Assembly: GCA_039621445.1 (NCBI GenBank)
Contig: CP154954.1
Coordinates: forward strand, 13,744,387 to 13,808,386
DNA: 64,000 bases
DNA from: Euglena gracilis
Taxonomy: Eukaryota
Direction of reading: 5' to 3'
The notes beneath the pieces are model-generated. The model was not told the DNA's origin and did not search any database. It saw only the letters and a program-made list of their open reading frames with translations. A program made the position numbers and the translations under genes. Positions 61,178-64,000 of the stretch are shown here, piece by piece. Each line of letters starts with the position of its first letter. Within the stretch, counting starts at the first letter, position 1.

Positions 61178-61861
61178 GTGGGGGCGGCTGGCCGGCTAGC
61201 CGTCCGAGCCGTCCGGACCTCTTCAGCCGGACCAATGCTGGACGCCCAGCCTTCCGTCCGGACGAAGCATTTTTTTCGCCATCCGTCCGTCAAGCCGGAC
61301 CAATATCTGTCTTGCCAGCCGGCCGGACCAAAAAAAAGAATTCGGCGCCCCTCCCCAATCCCTTCAACGATCTTCAGGGGACTTCCACCCCTCCTCCAAC
61401 CTGGCCTCTTTTATCCACCCCAAAAACAGCAGTAAAGTCAGCTTTATTGCCGATTTGCGCTGGGCGAACGCATTCTCCAACCCTCCACCATTGCACCTCC
61501 CCTCCCTTCCCCAAATCTCCCACACCATTTCCAAATTCCCCCCCGGCACACAGTGGGCTGCCACCATCGACCTCACTAATTTCTTTTGGAGTCTCGAACT
61601 CCCTCCTGCCGCCAAGCACGCCTTCCGCACCTCCTCCTTCTACTTCCCCTGCCTTCCCTTCGGCTGGAACATGTCCCCCATACTAGCCCAACTAACCCTT
61701 CAAAACCTTATCAAGCAGGCTGTGTCTCCTCCCTCCCTTCGAAATACACCAACGGAACACACTTCTTCATCTTCACCTACTATGACGACATTCTCGCCAA
61801 ATTGCTTTTTTCACCAGCCGTCCGTCCGTCCGTCCGTCCGCCCCCCACCGTCTTAGCACGG
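61178..61861 (+). pseudogene. DIRS/Ngaro-like reverse transcriptase fragment replacing the PR-RT region of G
   Basis: TIDLTNFFW, CLPFGWNMSP, YYDDIL; opposite strand to G; flanked by CCGT repeats. Confidence 0.7.
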
Positions 61862-62060
61862 CTACTCCGTGCAAGGCACACTTGCCGTTATGACTTGAAA
61901 ATATCCACGGGGGTATTTTCGATAATTCCACTCCAGAATATCCGTAACGAGGGTTGGGTGAAATTTTGGGTTCATATCCAAAGATACCACCTGGTACCCG
62001 TTTTCCTCCAAACACCTCCCAACAGACCCTTTTCCCGAAAACAAATACAATGCCTTGGGA
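61862..62060 (-). pseudogene. N-terminal half of C5-cytosine MTase of element G
   Basis: ALYLFSGKGSVG...VVSLD...DILEW...TASVPCTE, cut at the insertion. Confidence 0.85.
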
Positions 62061-62917
62061 ACTTTCCAACTTCCCACACCTTTGATGGATGCTCTTTCGC
62101 TCAAACAACCATAATAATTGTTGAGCCTGGGCCGTTTACTCTCCTGGCTTGCACACGTGGTCCACGGTTTGCCCTTCCTCGACACGGGCTGCCATTGGCA
62201 ACTCAAAGCCTCAAGGCTCAAGGCCACTTGTCTTCTCGAGTTGGCTGTCGAGGATGACCTCGTTGAAATCATTGAATTGACACCGTTGCTCGTCTTCGAT
62301 ATTGCACTCTTCATTGCCTGATTTCGAACCTGAGGTGAAGGGACTGGAAGACAAAGACACACATTCTCCACCACGGTAATACCATGCCCCCTCCCGATAG
62401 TGTCCCCTCCCCGATAGTGTCCCATACCCCTTGCTTTTTGCCTTGCCCATGCCCACCTTGTGGTGGAGCCGGATATGGGACACTATCAGGAGGTGGGAAT
62501 GGTATTCTCCATGTGAAGATGTGGTTGGGTTATGCAAAATACTTTGGGTGTTTTCGATGCCCGAGGATGTAAACCCCTCAAAAACATGACCCCGGCGTCC
62601 CTAATGACTAATAGGGTGAGCCACCGCTGGCGTTGGGTTATTGTTATCGCCCTTCCCCCCTTTGGCACCGAAATTCTGGTCAAATCCTTTGCCCCTCCCC
62701 CTTCCCTTACCACCGTTACCCTTGTACCCCTGTTGACCACCCCCAGGGGGTGTTCCCCCCGCGTCCCCCCCCCGCGTCCCCCCCCCGCGTCCCCTCCCGC
62801 GTCCCGGATTTTGGCCAGGCAAGTTTTTTGGTCGACCAAAGGAAAATTACACACAAATTTGGGTGACGCCGAAGAAAACGTGTGGGGGCAGTTGGGCCAC
62901 GGATCCCCCCCGCGACC

Positions 62918-62954
<37 letters not shown>

Positions 62955-64000
62955 TCCCCCCCCCCCGCGTCCCGAACCACCCCACCCCATACCATTGGGA
63001 GTTGTTTGCCCCATATCCCTGGGAATTATTCCCCCCTTTCCATTGGCTGCCATTGACATACGGCTGAAAATTGTTTCTGTTCCACGGGGCTTGTCTAGCA
63101 ACATACGGTTGTGAGGGGGGTGGGATCCAATTGTGTCCCCCCCACCACCGATCTTTGCACATTGGGTGGGTTCGTTGTAAGTCCTGAAGAATTGTTTGAT
63201 GGTTGCACATTTGAAGATGAAAGCACAACACATTGATCAGGTTTTGCTGTTTCATTGGTTTGTGATTTGCTTCTGGTTGGTGTTGTTGCCGGGAGGTGTT
63301 GTTGCCCTACCAGGGGTTGACCCTGGTGAACTCTTCCGACTCCCTGATTGCCTCCCCCCTCGATTTCCAGCACCCACCGATCTTGGACGCCTGAACCCTT
63401 GACAGCCTGGGGCACAACTTTGCAAGGCATCTTGTTTGTTTCTGAGTGCCAATTTTGTTTTCACGAGGTTGAAAATGTCCTCGGTGGTCAAAACCAGTTC
63501 AATTTACTGAACCTGAAACAAAACGTTGGAATCGTCAAACTCTTTGCCATTAAAACTTTTGACTTTTTCATAGGCAGAAATGTCAGGGAAAATGACTTCA
63601 AATTCCCCCTCGTGAATTTCCGACACTTTTGTGGGTCTTTTCCTAAGTATTCTGCCCAAGCTTTCCGAAACCATTTCTGAATTCCTATTCCCTGGCACCT
63701 TCAGGCGTAAAGTTGGGTGATTATTCAGCCTCCTTTCCTCCTCATCTGAAACCCATTTTAGGATGAATGAGGGAAATTTCTGCAACAAGAGCCGTTTTGC
63801 TTCCCCCTCCCCGGCATCCTTAACCCTGCACTTGGCCATCTTGAAATCTGCCTGAAATTCCAGCCAGTGCTCAAGGGTAACTTTGCCTTGATTAAAAAGA
63901 TTCACCTGCTGCAAATTTTGTCTTGCCCCAGATTCCTGATTCTGCGAAAATGTCATTTTCAGGTGACCCCACCCGGCATTAAAATTGATCCCCCCTTCCT

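Larger units (their letters stand above)
58649..64000 (-). mobile_element. Ty3/Gypsy element G, decayed: gag - partial C5-MTase - [gap/insertion] - RNase H - integrase - chromodomain
   Basis: gag 63095-63956 similar to A/C; RNase H VDASG, ELEAYAI, TDHQSL; IN VAIDLF, SDQGSHF, NGRVE; chromodomain WEVEKIL..EFLTKWVGY..ETW. Confidence 0.9.

Overview
Eukaryotic (probably protist) nuclear DNA made almost entirely of nested, mostly decayed transposable elements; I found no confident host gene, rRNA, functional tRNA or CRISPR array. The main system is a family of chromodomain-bearing Ty3/Gypsy LTR retrotransposons whose Pol starts with TWO DNA methyltransferase domains in tandem, between Gag and protease: a Dam/DIRS-MT-like N6-adenine MTase (DAF...NPPY) followed by a C5-cytosine MTase (DLFCGTG/PC/ENP). 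It occurs as a near-complete young copy (A, 36636-50494; LTRs about 99% identical by eye, TSD GCGG), a truncated sister copy (B, 51574-58255) and a divergent relative (C, 26068-30589). Another relative appears to carry only the C5 MTase (G, 58649-64000), and eroded remnants may survive in an RT/IN-less LTR element (E, 5250-16656). Also present: a LINE (RT-RNase H-zinc knuckle) split by several insertions, a RAG1/Transib/CMC-like DDE transposase with a candidate GC-AG intron, several TIR elements/MITEs, a TRIM-like relic with a tRNA-derived LTR, an LTR element (D) with a very long unknown 3' ORF, a DIRS-like RT fragment, and many mini/microsatellites. All calls come from reading motifs and junctions by eye; no database search was run.
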